Sequence record: OQ845958.1 | Length of the DNA stretch: 64,000 bases | Source of the DNA: Escherichia phage pEC-M719-6WT.2 | Direction: 5' to 3' (one strand) | In this document: positions 19,071 to 28,407 of the stretch, piece after piece | Layout of the letters: every line of letters begins with the position of its first letter | Position numbering within the stretch: the stretch's first letter is position 1 | Position numbers and translations under genes: made by a program | The notes under the pieces: generated by a model | Database searches by the model: none | What the model was told of the DNA's origin: nothing | Seen by the model: the letters and a program-made list of their open reading frames with translations, nothing else

Positions 19071-21785
19071 ATGCAAGAATTTTATTTAACTATCGAACAA
19101 ATCGGTGACAATCTGCTCGAACGATACATTGACAAGAACGGTCATGAACGTGTTCGTGAAATCCCTTATGCTCCATGCTTGTTTATGCATGCTCGCGAAG
19201 ACCAGGCTGCAAAGTATACAGACATCTATAATAAAGGTTGTGTGAAAAAAGAATTCGATTCCATGCGTGATGCATCCCAGTGGATGAAGCGAATGAATGA
19301 CATGGGTCTCGAAGCTATGGGTATGGATGACTTTAAACTCGCATACTTGTCCGACCGTTACCCGCACGAAATCAAATACGATTCAAGTAAAATCCGTGTG
19401 GCTAACTTCGATATCGAGGTGACATCTCCTGATGGGTTCCCTGAGCCGTCTGAAGCACGTCACCCTATTGATGCCCTGACGCACTATGATTCGGTAGACG
19501 ATAAATTCTATGTCTTTGACCTTTTGAGCTCACCATACGCCACTGTGGAGCAATGGTCTATCGATATTGCTGCTAAGCTGCAAGAAGATGGCGGTGATGA
19601 AGTCCCTGAAGAAATCCTGGAAAAAATTGTTTATATGGCTTTCGATTCAGAAGAAGAAATGCTCCAGCAGTATTTGGTATTCTGGAACGAGAAAACTCCG
19701 GTTATGTTAACTGGTTGGAACATCGAGAAGTTTGATATTCCATATATCTACAACCGCCTTAAAAATGTATTTGGTGAAGCTACAGCAAAACGACTGAGTC
19801 CACATCGTCGTACAAAAGTTAAGGTCATTAACAATGGCTTCGGTGAAGAACAAGAAATCATTCAGATTCTGGGTATCTCTGTTCTGGATTATCTGGACCT
19901 GTACAAAAAGTTCAGCTTCACAAACCAACCGTCTTATTCGTTGGATTATGTTGCGGAATCTGAACTTGGTGTTGGTAAACTCCCGTATGATGGTCCGATT
20001 TCTAAACTGCGTGAATCAAATCACCAACGGTATATTTCTTATAACATCATTGATGTTTATCGTGTTGTGCAGATTGACCGTAAGCGGCAGTTTATTAACC
20101 TGAGTCAGTCAATGGGTTATTACGCAAAAATGCAGATTCAGTCTGTATTCAGCCCAATCAAAACTTGGGATGCGATTATCTTTAACAGCCTGAAGACTCA
20201 AAACAAAGTCATTCCGGAAACCAAATCGCATGTTCGCCAATCGTTCCCTGGTGCATTTGTTAAGGAACCGATTCCGAACGCATACAAATACGTTATGAGC
20301 TGTGACTTAACATCTCTGTATCCGAGCATCATTCGACAGATTAACATCAGTCCAGAAACGATTGCCGGGTCATTTGCACCAGCGCCGATGTACGAATACA
20401 TTGCAGGAACTGCTGACCGTCCATCTGATACATTTAGTTGTGCTCCAAACGGTATGATGTATTTTAAAGATGTTGCGGGTATTATTCCGACAGAAGTCAC
20501 CAAGGTGTTTAATCAGCGTAAAGAGCATAAAGGTTATATGCTTGCGGCTCAACGTAATGGTGAACTGATTAAGGAAGCCCTGCGTAATCCAGGAACTGGT
20601 ACAACCGAGCCTGAAGTTGATTATCGTTATGACTTTGATGACAATATGAAAACAACCTTGCATGGTCTGAATCAAACAGTTCTGAATGGTATGTTGTACA
20701 AAGCGCAAATGGAAGAAGTTGCAGGCATGACCGCACAGATTAACCGTAAACTGCTTATCAACAGTTGTTATGGCGCTCTGGGTAATATCTGGTTCCGTTA
20801 CTTTGACCTGCGAAATGCAACCGCGATTACATCTTTCGGACAACTTGCATTGCAGTGGATTGAGCGTAAAGTTAACGAATATTTTGATAGTGTTTGCGGT
20901 ACAAGTGGTGAAACATATGTATTCTATGGTGATACTGACTCCATTTATATCCAGTGCGATAACCTGATTAAAAAGGTTGGTGGTGAATCTAAATTCCGCG
21001 ATACAAACCACCTGGTTGACTTCATGGACAAGTTTGCGAAAGACCGTCTGGAACCGGCAATCGATAAAGCTTTCCGTGAGCTGGCTGAATACATGAACAA
21101 CAAACAACACCTTATGTTTATGGACCGTGAAGCGATTGCATGTCCTCCGCTGGGTTCTAAAGGTGTTGGTGGATTCTGGACAGCGAAGAAGCGTTATGCT
21201 CTGAACGTGTACGATATGGAAGGCACACGATACGCTGTTCCGAAACTGAAAATCATGGGCCTGGAAACTCAAAAGTCGAGTACACCAAAAGCATGTCAGA
21301 AAGCTCTGAAAGAATGTATCCGCCGTATGCTGCAAGAAGGTGAAGAATCTCTGCAGACATACTTCAAGGAATTCAACAAGGAATTTAATGAGCTTAACTA
21401 CATGACCATCGCAGGTGTATCATCAGTTAACAACATCCAGAAATATAATGAGGGTGGTTTCCCTGGATTTAAGTGCCCAGCTCATATCAAAGGCGTGCTC
21501 GCTTACATGCGTGCAACTAAAGGTATGAAGACTGTTCCACAAATCATGGAAGGGGAAAAGGTGTATGTACTTCCTCTTAAAGTTGGTAACCCGTTTGGCG
21601 AAACCGTGATTGCATGGCCATCAGGGATTGAACTCCCGATTGAAATCCGTGACCAGGTTCTGCAGTGGATGGACTACAACACACTGTTCCAGAAGACTTT
21701 TGTCAAACCGTTAACAGGGTTCTCTGAAGCGGCTAAGGTTGATTACGAGAAAAAAGCATCTCTTTTTGATATGTTTGATTTTTAA
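19071..21785 (+). CDS. 43: DNA polymerase gp43 (family B)
   Basis: 904 aa; exonuclease and polymerase motifs (FDIE, YGDTDS), N-terminus matches remembered T4 gp43. Confidence 0.97.
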   Translation: MQEFYLTIEQIGDNLLERYIDKNGHERVREIPYAPCLFMHAREDQAAKYTDIYNKGCVKKEFDSMRDASQWMKRMNDMGLEAMGMDDFKLAYLSDRYPHEIKYDSSKIRVANFDIEVTSPDGFPEPSEARHPIDALTHYDSVDDKFYVFDLLSSPYATVEQWSIDIAAKLQEDGGDEVPEEILEKIVYMAFDSEEEMLQQYLVFWNEKTPVMLTGWNIEKFDIPYIYNRLKNVFGEATAKRLSPHRRTKVKVINNGFGEEQEIIQILGISVLDYLDLYKKFSFTNQPSYSLDYVAESELGVGKLPYDGPISKLRESNHQRYISYNIIDVYRVVQIDRKRQFINLSQSMGYYAKMQIQSVFSPIKTWDAIIFNSLKTQNKVIPETKSHVRQSFPGAFVKEPIPNAYKYVMSCDLTSLYPSIIRQINISPETIAGSFAPAPMYEYIAGTADRPSDTFSCAPNGMMYFKDVAGIIPTEVTKVFNQRKEHKGYMLAAQRNGELIKEALRNPGTGTTEPEVDYRYDFDDNMKTTLHGLNQTVLNGMLYKAQMEEVAGMTAQINRKLLINSCYGALGNIWFRYFDLRNATAITSFGQLALQWIERKVNEYFDSVCGTSGETYVFYGDTDSIYIQCDNLIKKVGGESKFRDTNHLVDFMDKFAKDRLEPAIDKAFRELAEYMNNKQHLMFMDREAIACPPLGSKGVGGFWTAKKRYALNVYDMEGTRYAVPKLKIMGLETQKSSTPKACQKALKECIRRMLQEGEESLQTYFKEFNKEFNELNYMTIAGVSSVNNIQKYNEGGFPGFKCPAHIKGVLAYMRATKGMKTVPQIMEGEKVYVLPLKVGNPFGETVIAWPSGIELPIEIRDQVLQWMDYNTLFQKTFVKPLTGFSEAAKVDYEKKASLFDMFDF

Positions 21786-21787
21786 GT

Positions 21788-21817
21788 GTTTACAACGGCA
21801 ATGGATTGCCGTATGAT
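21788..21817 (+). promoter_or_regulatory. early promoter (-35 GTTTAC, -10 TATGAT) with embedded hairpin
   Basis: GTTTAC, 18-nt spacer containing CGGCAA-tgga-TTGCCG, then TATGAT. Confidence 0.4.
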
Positions 21818-21857
21818 TACCTCATCAACTACTGATGAATAACTTAAGGATATTAAA

Positions 21858-22100
21858 ATGGAAACATTAATTGCAGGTACTGTTGTTCTTGGTGCTGGTT
21901 CTTTCTTCCTGGCTGCACTGGCATATTTTCTGCCGTGGATTATCGCGCTACTGCGAGGAACCAAAAGTAATTGCGGAATCTTCTTTGTTAACCTCCTGTT
22001 AGGTTGGACAATGGTCGGATGGTTTATTGCATTTATTTGGGCACTCGTTGCTGAGCGTAAATCAAATGCACATGTAATTATCATCAAGGAAACCAAATGA
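21858..22100 (+). CDS. imm: superinfection-immunity-type membrane protein (Imm-like)
   Basis: 80 aa, two TM helices, LLLGWTMVGWFIAFIWAL motif; sits after gp43 as T4 imm does. Confidence 0.5.
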   Translation: METLIAGTVVLGAGSFFLAALAYFLPWIIALLRGTKSNCGIFFVNLLLGWTMVGWFIAFIWALVAERKSNAHVIIIKETK

Positions 22101-22240
22101 AGATAATTACAATTATTGTACTGATTGCATTTTTTAGTATGTCAATCTATTGGGCAATAATGACTCCGCATATGATTCCAACTTTAATTTTGGGTTGGAT
22201 ATTTTTGGGACTCCAAGCTCGCTATGAATGTTTTAATTGA
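22097..22240 (+). CDS. small membrane protein
   Basis: 47-aa hydrophobic ORF, ATGA overlap with imm-like stop. Confidence 0.3.
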   Translation: MKIITIIVLIAFFSMSIYWAIMTPHMIPTLILGWIFLGLQARYECFN

Positions 22241-22250
22241 GGAAAATACA

Positions 22251-22754
22251 ATGAAAAAGTTAGCTATCGCAGCTGTTATGCTGCTATCCGGTTGTGCTTA
22301 CCAGGGTGATGTAGTTAATGCCAGTGAGATTGGTAAAGCAAGAATTGCTGCAGACCGTCAGGTGCATAATGGTTCCTTTGATTTCAAAGGTGGTACTGGA
22401 CTTATCTACAAACGCGACAACAATCAATGTGGAAATAACTGCGCAAAATATGCTCAACAAGAAATTGAGTACAAACGCGAGCAAGCTGCAAAGCATGACG
22501 AAATCATTGCCAAGCTGGAAGCAGAAACTAAGCGACAAAATGACCTGGACACTGTTAACCAGATTTCACAGGTATGCATGTCATATATCAATATGCAGAT
22601 AAACATCATGCGTGCAGAAGCTTATCAGGCAGCGGAGACGGGTTCTCCAAAAGCCAATGAGTATCGCGATATGTATCAGCGTTCTGCTCAAAACCGTCTG
22701 AGCTATATTAATAAATGTATAGCTAAAGAGAAAGCACGCCAAGGTATTAACTGA
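22251..22754 (+). CDS. putative lipoprotein
   Basis: Signal peptide with lipobox LLSGC; SD GAGGA before ATG-22251. Confidence 0.5.
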   Translation: MKKLAIAAVMLLSGCAYQGDVVNASEIGKARIAADRQVHNGSFDFKGGTGLIYKRDNNQCGNNCAKYAQQEIEYKREQAAKHDEIIAKLEAETKRQNDLDTVNQISQVCMSYINMQINIMRAEAYQAAETGSPKANEYRDMYQRSAQNRLSYINKCIAKEKARQGIN

Positions 22755-23096
22755 TGCTATTATTACTTCTGATTGTTGGAACAGTAATTGGTTTGCTGCT
22801 ATTAGAAAAGCGTAATAAGCATTTGGCTGAAGAAAACTGGAAACGTGGAAACGTTTACTAAATTACTCTGAACTGCGAGAAAAATATTATGATTGATATG
22901 CTATTGATTAGTCTGTGGCTGTTGTCTGCATTTGGTATTGGTTTTATGTACTGGTGGGACAAACGTCAGACCCGGAAGATTGTTGAACGTGCAATTAATC
23001 GTGGATTTAATCGTTAATTGCTCTAAAAATACAGTGATATAATTATCCTATCTTAAACCTGTGAGAAAAATATAATGGTGCCTATGGAAAAAATGA

Positions 23097-24275
23097 ATGT
23101 CTATTGCAGATTTGAAATCCCGTTTGATTAAAGCTTCTACATCCAAAATGACTGCGACTCTTACCAAGTCCAAGTTCTTTAATGATAAAGATGTAGTTCG
23201 TACAAAAATCCCAATGCTGAACATTGCAATCAGCGGTGCACTAGATGGTGGTATGCAGTCAGGTTTGACTATTTTTGCTGGTCCGTCAAAACACTTTAAA
23301 TCCAATATGGGTTTAACGATGGTCTCTGCATATATGAACAAATACCCCGATGCAATCTGTTTGTTCTATGATTCAGAATTTGGTATCACAGAAGCATATC
23401 TTCGTGCAATGAAAGTTGACCCGGAACGTGTTATTCACACACCAATCCAGTCGGTTGAACAATTGAAAGTTGATATGGTTAACCAGCTTGAAGCAATTGA
23501 GCGTGGTGAAAAAGTCATTATCTTCATTGACTCAATCGGTAACATGGCGTCTAAAAAAGAAACAGAAGATGCGATGAACGAAAAAGTCGTTGGCGATATG
23601 ACTCGTGCTAAATCCCTGAAATCTCTGTTCCGTATTGTTACCCCATATTTTAGTATCAAGGATATTCCTTGTGTCGCGGTTAACCATACAATCGAGACGA
23701 TTGAGATGTATAGCAAAACCGTTATGACCGGTGGTACAGGTGTTATGTATTCTGCGGACACCGTATTCATTATCGGCAAACGCCAGATTAAAGAAACTGG
23801 TAAAGAACTTGAAGGTTTCCAATTTGTTCTGAACGCCGAAAAATCTCGTATGGTCAAAGAGAAAAGTAAATTCTTCATTGATGTAAAATTCGATGGGGGT
23901 ATTGACCCGTATTCTGGCCTGCTTGATATGGCAATGGAAATCGGATTTGTGGTGAAACCGAAAGTTGGTTGGTATAACCGCGAATATCTTGATGTTGAGA
24001 CCGGTGAAATGGTCCGCGAAGAAAAATCATGGCGTGCAAAAGATACTAACTGCACCGAATTCTGGGGACCGTTGTTCAAGCACGAACCTTTCCGTGATGC
24101 AATCAAACGCCATTACCAACTGGGTGCAATCGATAGCAATGCTGTTGTTGACGCCGAGGTTGATGCGCTTATTGCCTCCAAGGTTGAAAAATACTCTGCT
24201 CCTGAAGGTAAGGTAAAACCATCTGCAGCAGATATCGAAAATGATTTAGATATGATGGAAGACCTTGATGAATGA
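23097..24275 (+). CDS. uvsX: RecA-like recombinase UvsX
   Basis: 392 aa; Walker A GPSKHFKS; long identical runs to remembered T4 UvsX. Confidence 0.95.
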   Translation: MSIADLKSRLIKASTSKMTATLTKSKFFNDKDVVRTKIPMLNIAISGALDGGMQSGLTIFAGPSKHFKSNMGLTMVSAYMNKYPDAICLFYDSEFGITEAYLRAMKVDPERVIHTPIQSVEQLKVDMVNQLEAIERGEKVIIFIDSIGNMASKKETEDAMNEKVVGDMTRAKSLKSLFRIVTPYFSIKDIPCVAVNHTIETIEMYSKTVMTGGTGVMYSADTVFIIGKRQIKETGKELEGFQFVLNAEKSRMVKEKSKFFIDVKFDGGIDPYSGLLDMAMEIGFVVKPKVGWYNREYLDVETGEMVREEKSWRAKDTNCTEFWGPLFKHEPFRDAIKRHYQLGAIDSNAVVDAEVDALIASKVEKYSAPEGKVKPSAADIENDLDMMEDLDE

Positions 24276-24609
24276 TATCGATTTATCTGATTTAGATAAT
24301 TTCGAGAAAGATGCGGAGGGAGCTAAGGCTCCTTCTGTACCTTACTACGAAAAAAGTTTGGAGATTATCCGGCAATCCATGGGAACTGTGCGACAGGAAA
24401 TTCTGTTATCACTCCCCGATGGGTCCAATCACATCGTGTACGTAACCGGAATTAAAATTGAACCATCTGGAAAAGTTTCAGTTGATTTCGGCACCCCTTC
24501 TGAAGACCGCAAAGCGGAGCTTGCAGTGCATGTAGAAAAGTGTGTTACAATGCAAATACAAGATGAAATTGATAAGATTAAAATGAAAAAGAGGTGGTGG
24601 AAGTGGTAG
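24265..24609 (+). CDS. 40: gp40-like protein (by position)
   Basis: 114-aa ORF between uvsX and gp41 as in T4; size-compatible. Confidence 0.55.
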   Translation: MMNDIDLSDLDNFEKDAEGAKAPSVPYYEKSLEIIRQSMGTVRQEILLSLPDGSNHIVYVTGIKIEPSGKVSVDFGTPSEDRKAELAVHVEKCVTMQIQDEIDKIKMKKRWWKW

Positions 24610-26033
24610 AAACTATTTTATCCCAGCTACTCTTTAACAAGGAATATTTTGTTAAAGTCTGGCCATATCTGAATAGCACATATTTTGAAAAGGGTCCAGC
24701 GAAGACCCTTTTTAATACGATTAACGAACACGTAAAAGAATATCAGGCGGTGCCAACTAAGACTGCACTTGATATCGCGCTCGACAGTTCTGACCTTTCT
24801 GAAGTTGAATATGAAGGCACCAAGAAACTCTTAGGAGTCCTTGCTGATACTCCAGAAGACCAGGAATGGTTGGTTAGAGAAACCGAGAAGTATGTACAGA
24901 AGTCTGCGATGTTCAATGCCACATCCCGGATTATCGAAATCCAGAGTAATGCCGAACTTCCGAAAGATAAACGTGATAAACGAATCCCGGATATTGGTGC
25001 TATCCCTGATATCATGCGTGATGCATTATCTATCTGTTTTGACTCTGCACTGGGCCATGACTGGTTAAACGATTACGAAGCTCGATTCCAGACTTATCTG
25101 AACAAATCGAAGAAAGTTCCGTTCCGCATTAATATCCTGAATAAAATCACGAAGGGTGGAGTTGAGTATGGTACAGAAAACGTTTTACTGGCCGGGACCA
25201 ACGTCGGGAAATCTCTAGGACTTTGTTCGTTAGCGGCTGACTATCTTCAGACTGGTCATAACGTTCTTTATATAAGCATGGAAATGGCCGAAGAAGTATG
25301 CGCCAAACGTATTGATGCCAACTTGCTGGATGTGTCTCTGGATGATATTGATGAAGGTCATATATCATGGGCAGAATATAAAGCTAAGATGGAAAAATGG
25401 CGTGCTTCCGGGACTCTTGGGACTCTGAAGATAAAACAATATCCAACTGGTGGTGCTCATGCGGATACCTTCCGCGCGTTGCTGAATGAATACAAACTGA
25501 AGCAAGGGTTTGTGCCGGATGTGATTATTGTCGACTACCTGGCAATCTGTGCAAGCTCAAGACTGAAAACGTTTACCGAAAACAGTTACGGCCTGATTAA
25601 GATGGTTGCAGAAGAACTTCGTGGTCTGGCAGTCGAGAAAAATGTGGTCTTGTGGACTGCAGCGCAGACAACCAGGGGCGCGAACGTTGCAGCCGAGATT
25701 GATATGGCTGACATTGCAGAATCCTTTGGTATTGCTCACACGGCTGACTTTATGTTGGGTGTTGTTGAGACCGAAGAATTCGCTCAAATGGGGCTGCAGT
25801 TAATCAAACAGCTTAAGTCTCGTTATGGTGATAAGAACTACTATAATAAATTCAAGATGGGTGTTAAGAAAGGTAATCAGCGCTGGTATGAGGTTGATGA
25901 TGATTCGGCTCCTAAACAAGGCCCTACGGTTAAAGAAGCCACCGGTGAGATGAATCGCCAGGCTGAAATGAATAGACAAACCAGGGTCAACAGGAGCGAC
26001 CTGGACGACCTTGCTGCTCAAATGAAATTTTAA
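24594..26033 (+). CDS. 41: replicative DNA helicase gp41 (DnaB-like)
   Basis: 479 aa, GTG start, Walker A GTNVGKS, strong match to remembered T4 gp41. Confidence 0.95.
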   Translation: MVEVVETILSQLLFNKEYFVKVWPYLNSTYFEKGPAKTLFNTINEHVKEYQAVPTKTALDIALDSSDLSEVEYEGTKKLLGVLADTPEDQEWLVRETEKYVQKSAMFNATSRIIEIQSNAELPKDKRDKRIPDIGAIPDIMRDALSICFDSALGHDWLNDYEARFQTYLNKSKKVPFRINILNKITKGGVEYGTENVLLAGTNVGKSLGLCSLAADYLQTGHNVLYISMEMAEEVCAKRIDANLLDVSLDDIDEGHISWAEYKAKMEKWRASGTLGTLKIKQYPTGGAHADTFRALLNEYKLKQGFVPDVIIVDYLAICASSRLKTFTENSYGLIKMVAEELRGLAVEKNVVLWTAAQTTRGANVAAEIDMADIAESFGIAHTADFMLGVVETEEFAQMGLQLIKQLKSRYGDKNYYNKFKMGVKKGNQRWYEVDDDSAPKQGPTVKEATGEMNRQAEMNRQTRVNRSDLDDLAAQMKF

Positions 26034-26045
26034 AATATTTAAAAA

Positions 26046-26068
26046 GGGGCTTACAGCCCCTTTTTCTT
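26046..26068 (+). terminator. intrinsic terminator GGGGC-ttaca-GCCCC + TTTTTCTT
   Basis: GC stem plus T-run immediately after gp41 stop. Confidence 0.6.
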
Positions 26069-26078
26069 ATGTTATAAT
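26051..26078 (+). promoter_or_regulatory. early promoter overlapping terminator (-35 TTACAG in loop, extended -10 TGTTATAAT)
   Basis: 17-nt spacing between loop hexamer and TATAAT. Confidence 0.4.
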
Positions 26079-26104
26079 GACTCTATCAACTACTGGAGAA
26101 TAAA

Positions 26105-26422
26105 ATGAAAACCATTGATTGCAAGGCAGAATACAAAGTTTATTATCATGGGTCAAGCTCTAATGCTGGAATCCAAAATATGCTTTGTCCTCCTGATGCA
26201 ACTGGTGTTCTGTCAGAAGTTGGACGTAAGAAAAATTTAGGGCGTGTGTTTTTTACTGAAGATATTGGTTTGGCGCGTATCTATGCAGGAAGAGCAGCTC
26301 GCTCATATGGAGGAGAGCCCCGTCTTTATCGTGTGATTGCACCGGTTGACGTGGTTTGTTTAAATGATACTAAAGGCGCAACAGTTTATCACGCTGCCTG
26401 GGCCTTCTGCGAGGAAATCTAA
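26105..26422 (+). CDS. hypothetical protein with PARP/diphtheria-toxin-like H-G-S motif
   Basis: 105 aa; VYYHGSSSNAGIQNM then GRVFFTED; first ORF of the island after gp41; SD GGAG. Confidence 0.45.
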   Translation: MKTIDCKAEYKVYYHGSSSNAGIQNMLCPPDATGVLSEVGRKKNLGRVFFTEDIGLARIYAGRAARSYGGEPRLYRVIAPVDVVCLNDTKGATVYHAAWAFCEEI

Positions 26423-26626
26423 ATGTATAAATTAGAAAACGTAGTATTTATTGGTTGGTTTGAAAATGGTAATATGTTTACCAAAGAAACCGCGCTGGAT
26501 GTTAGTGACCAAAATATGATTGAATGGGTTACAGTGCAGTATGCAGAAGTGAATAATGCGCTGGTTAAAGCCTTTGTTAATGACAATAAAGTTTTTGAAT
26601 ATGATGCCCGCATTGAGGAAATTTAA
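26423..26626 (+). CDS. Dmd-like small protein (tentative)
   Basis: 67-aa ORF in the gp41-gp61 island where T4 has 61.5/dmd; similarity recalled from memory only. Confidence 0.4.
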   Translation: MYKLENVVFIGWFENGNMFTKETALDVSDQNMIEWVTVQYAEVNNALVKAFVNDNKVFEYDARIEEI

Positions 26627-26866
26627 ATGAATATCACATTAATGAAACCTACCCCTAGTTCTTTTTGGAATAAATCTTTTGGTAAGCATAATATGTTTAT
26701 CCAACGCACCGTAAGCAGCTGGGAACTAGTTCTTTCAGTCGGCCACAATGATTATGAACAAGAATACGTAGAGTTCTTCGAATTTCCTGTGAAACCTACC
26801 AAGCGTCAGATTCGTCAGACAAAACGCAAATTCCGCAAAATTTATCTGGAAGATGCATTAAAATAG
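26627..26866 (+). CDS. hypothetical basic protein
   Basis: 79-aa ORF. Confidence 0.4.
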   Translation: MNITLMKPTPSSFWNKSFGKHNMFIQRTVSSWELVLSVGHNDYEQEYVEFFEFPVKPTKRQIRQTKRKFRKIYLEDALK

Positions 26867-26895
26867 TGTACAACAAAGGGATAATGCTGTATATT
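26867..26895 (+). promoter_or_regulatory. early promoter (-35 TGTACA, -10 TATATT) with hairpin GGGATAAT/ATTATCCC
   Basis: 17-nt spacer; 8-bp stem encloses -10. Confidence 0.4.
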
Positions 26896-26923
26896 ATCCC
26901 TATCAACTACTGAGGAGATTGAA

Positions 26924-27217
26924 ATGAAAAAGTTATTAATCGCGGCAATTCTTACCGTAGCATCATGTGGTACAGCTCCAGTTACTGCTGGACTTGATAA
27001 AGACCTTTGTGAGTGGTCTATGACTGCTGACCAGACTGATGTTGAACATCAGATTTATGCTGATATTATGAACATAACTAAACGTGACCGCCCTGATATG
27101 GTTAAAGAAGTATCTGACAAATTGACTTCTGGTGACGTTATGCAGTATAACTATGTTCTGTATTGCGATGCTTCATTTGACAATAGCAAAATTGTTCAAT
27201 GGGTTACAGGTGAATAA
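26924..27217 (+). CDS. sp: Spackle-like periplasmic protein
   Basis: 97 aa with signal peptide MKKLLIAAILTVASC; size and position (61.3-like) fit T4 spackle. Confidence 0.55.
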   Translation: MKKLLIAAILTVASCGTAPVTAGLDKDLCEWSMTADQTDVEHQIYADIMNITKRDRPDMVKEVSDKLTSGDVMQYNYVLYCDASFDNSKIVQWVTGE

Positions 27218-27218
27218 A

Positions 27219-27656
27219 ATGATTAACAGAAATTTAGTTATCAAAAAACTTCGCTGTAAAAATCCAAATGCACAGGCATACCGGGTGTTTTGGAGCGACG
27301 AAATTCAATACCTGGGTTATTTTCTTGTTGATAGTGATGATAGAATTACGTTTGCTCATAAGCTTCTTAACAAAGAATTAAACCATTGGCAAGAACTTAT
27401 TGCAGTCAAGTCTAAATTATTTTCGCGCAATACAATGCACCAATTGGTTTATTTTTTCGCTGATGGTATTCCTGACAAGGTTGAGTTTGATGGGTTTGAA
27501 TTTAAAGACATCAATCCTAACAATGAATTGAATGACAGTATTGTTAATATGGGTATTCCTGGTAAGTACATCAAAAACAGTCTTTTGAAAATTCTGGAAA
27601 CCCCTGTATATTCAGTTGACGACCAAATTTTTAATGCCTTTATGAAGCGAGATTAA
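27219..27656 (+). CDS. hypothetical protein (paralogous C-terminus)
   Basis: Ends ...DDQIFNAFMKRD, same tail as next ORF. Confidence 0.45.
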   Translation: MINRNLVIKKLRCKNPNAQAYRVFWSDEIQYLGYFLVDSDDRITFAHKLLNKELNHWQELIAVKSKLFSRNTMHQLVYFFADGIPDKVEFDGFEFKDINPNNELNDSIVNMGIPGKYIKNSLLKILETPVYSVDDQIFNAFMKRD

Positions 27657-27657
27657 T

Positions 27658-28026
27658 ATGTATATTCAAAGCGATTTGTCTTATCTGAATTTTGAATTAG
27701 TTAAAAATAATGATGGTAATGCTCATTATGAATTCCGCGAGCCTCGTTATAATCAGGCGATTGGTTATATTATTGTTAAAGATGGCGTTATCATAAAGGC
27801 TCGCTCATTTATGGTAATGAATGGGCCTTATGAAGATACTCGTGGCTATCCATTTGATAAAAAGAATGTACGCGATTGTGCAGCGTGGATAACCGGAAAT
27901 CCTGAAATTGGGGTCATGCTATCTACTGAAGCAAATGACATTCTGGATGCTGGCTGGGTTAAATCTCAAGAACCGCCTACTGATATTGATGACCAGATTT
28001 TTAATGCTTTCATGAAGCGAGGTTAA
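27658..28026 (+). CDS. hypothetical protein (paralogous C-terminus)
   Basis: Ends ...DDQIFNAFMKRG. Confidence 0.45.
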   Translation: MYIQSDLSYLNFELVKNNDGNAHYEFREPRYNQAIGYIIVKDGVIIKARSFMVMNGPYEDTRGYPFDKKNVRDCAAWITGNPEIGVMLSTEANDILDAGWVKSQEPPTDIDDQIFNAFMKRG

Positions 28027-28027
28027 T

Positions 28028-28219
28028 ATGACTGCAATGTGTACGGGCTCTAAGATTTCGGTCTTCCAGATTTTTGAAGAATATGAAATCGTGTCGCAAG
28101 ACCAAGAAGCAATCCATGTTATCGCTGATGATGGTGTTACCTGGATTATTCCGTTGTATCATGAAGACACCTATGAAGTGACTGATGCAAATGGCGATAA
28201 AGCTATCTTCGTTGTATAA
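28028..28219 (+). CDS. hypothetical acidic protein
   Basis: 63-aa ORF. Confidence 0.35.
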   Translation: MTAMCTGSKISVFQIFEEYEIVSQDQEAIHVIADDGVTWIIPLYHEDTYEVTDANGDKAIFVV

Positions 28220-28222
28220 ATA
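28215..28222 (+). promoter_or_regulatory. late promoter TATAAATA
   Basis: Exact T4 late consensus 18 nt upstream of ATG-28240. Confidence 0.45.
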
Positions 28223-28239
28223 GCGGAAAGGGGGGTGTT

Positions 28240-28407
28240 ATGAAAACATTCAAAGATTTTATCAATGAAGATATGGTTGCCGGTGATGCAGGTGGAAACC
28301 CAACTAATATCGCAACAGGTACCACTTCCGGGGCAGTTGTCAATAAAGGTCCTGAACAAATCCCATCAAAAAAGCGTAAGAATAAAGACGATAAACCTAC
28401 AGTATAA
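28240..28407 (+). CDS. small Gly/Thr-rich protein with basic tail, late-promoter driven
   Basis: 55-aa ORF with SD AAGGGGGG; followed by hairpin ATGGTCC-tccg-GGACCAT. Confidence 0.35.
   Translation: MKTFKDFINEDMVAGDAGGNPTNIATGTTSGAVVNKGPEQIPSKKRKNKDDKPTV

Noticed and set aside
20370-21335. 321-aa reverse-strand ORF inside gp43
   Set aside because: Antisense to a highly conserved polymerase gene, Cys/Phe-rich low-complexity translation, no SD or promoter; typical spurious antisense ORF.
23435-24106. 223-aa reverse-strand ORF inside uvsX
   Set aside because: Antisense to a conserved gene; Ser-rich junk translation.
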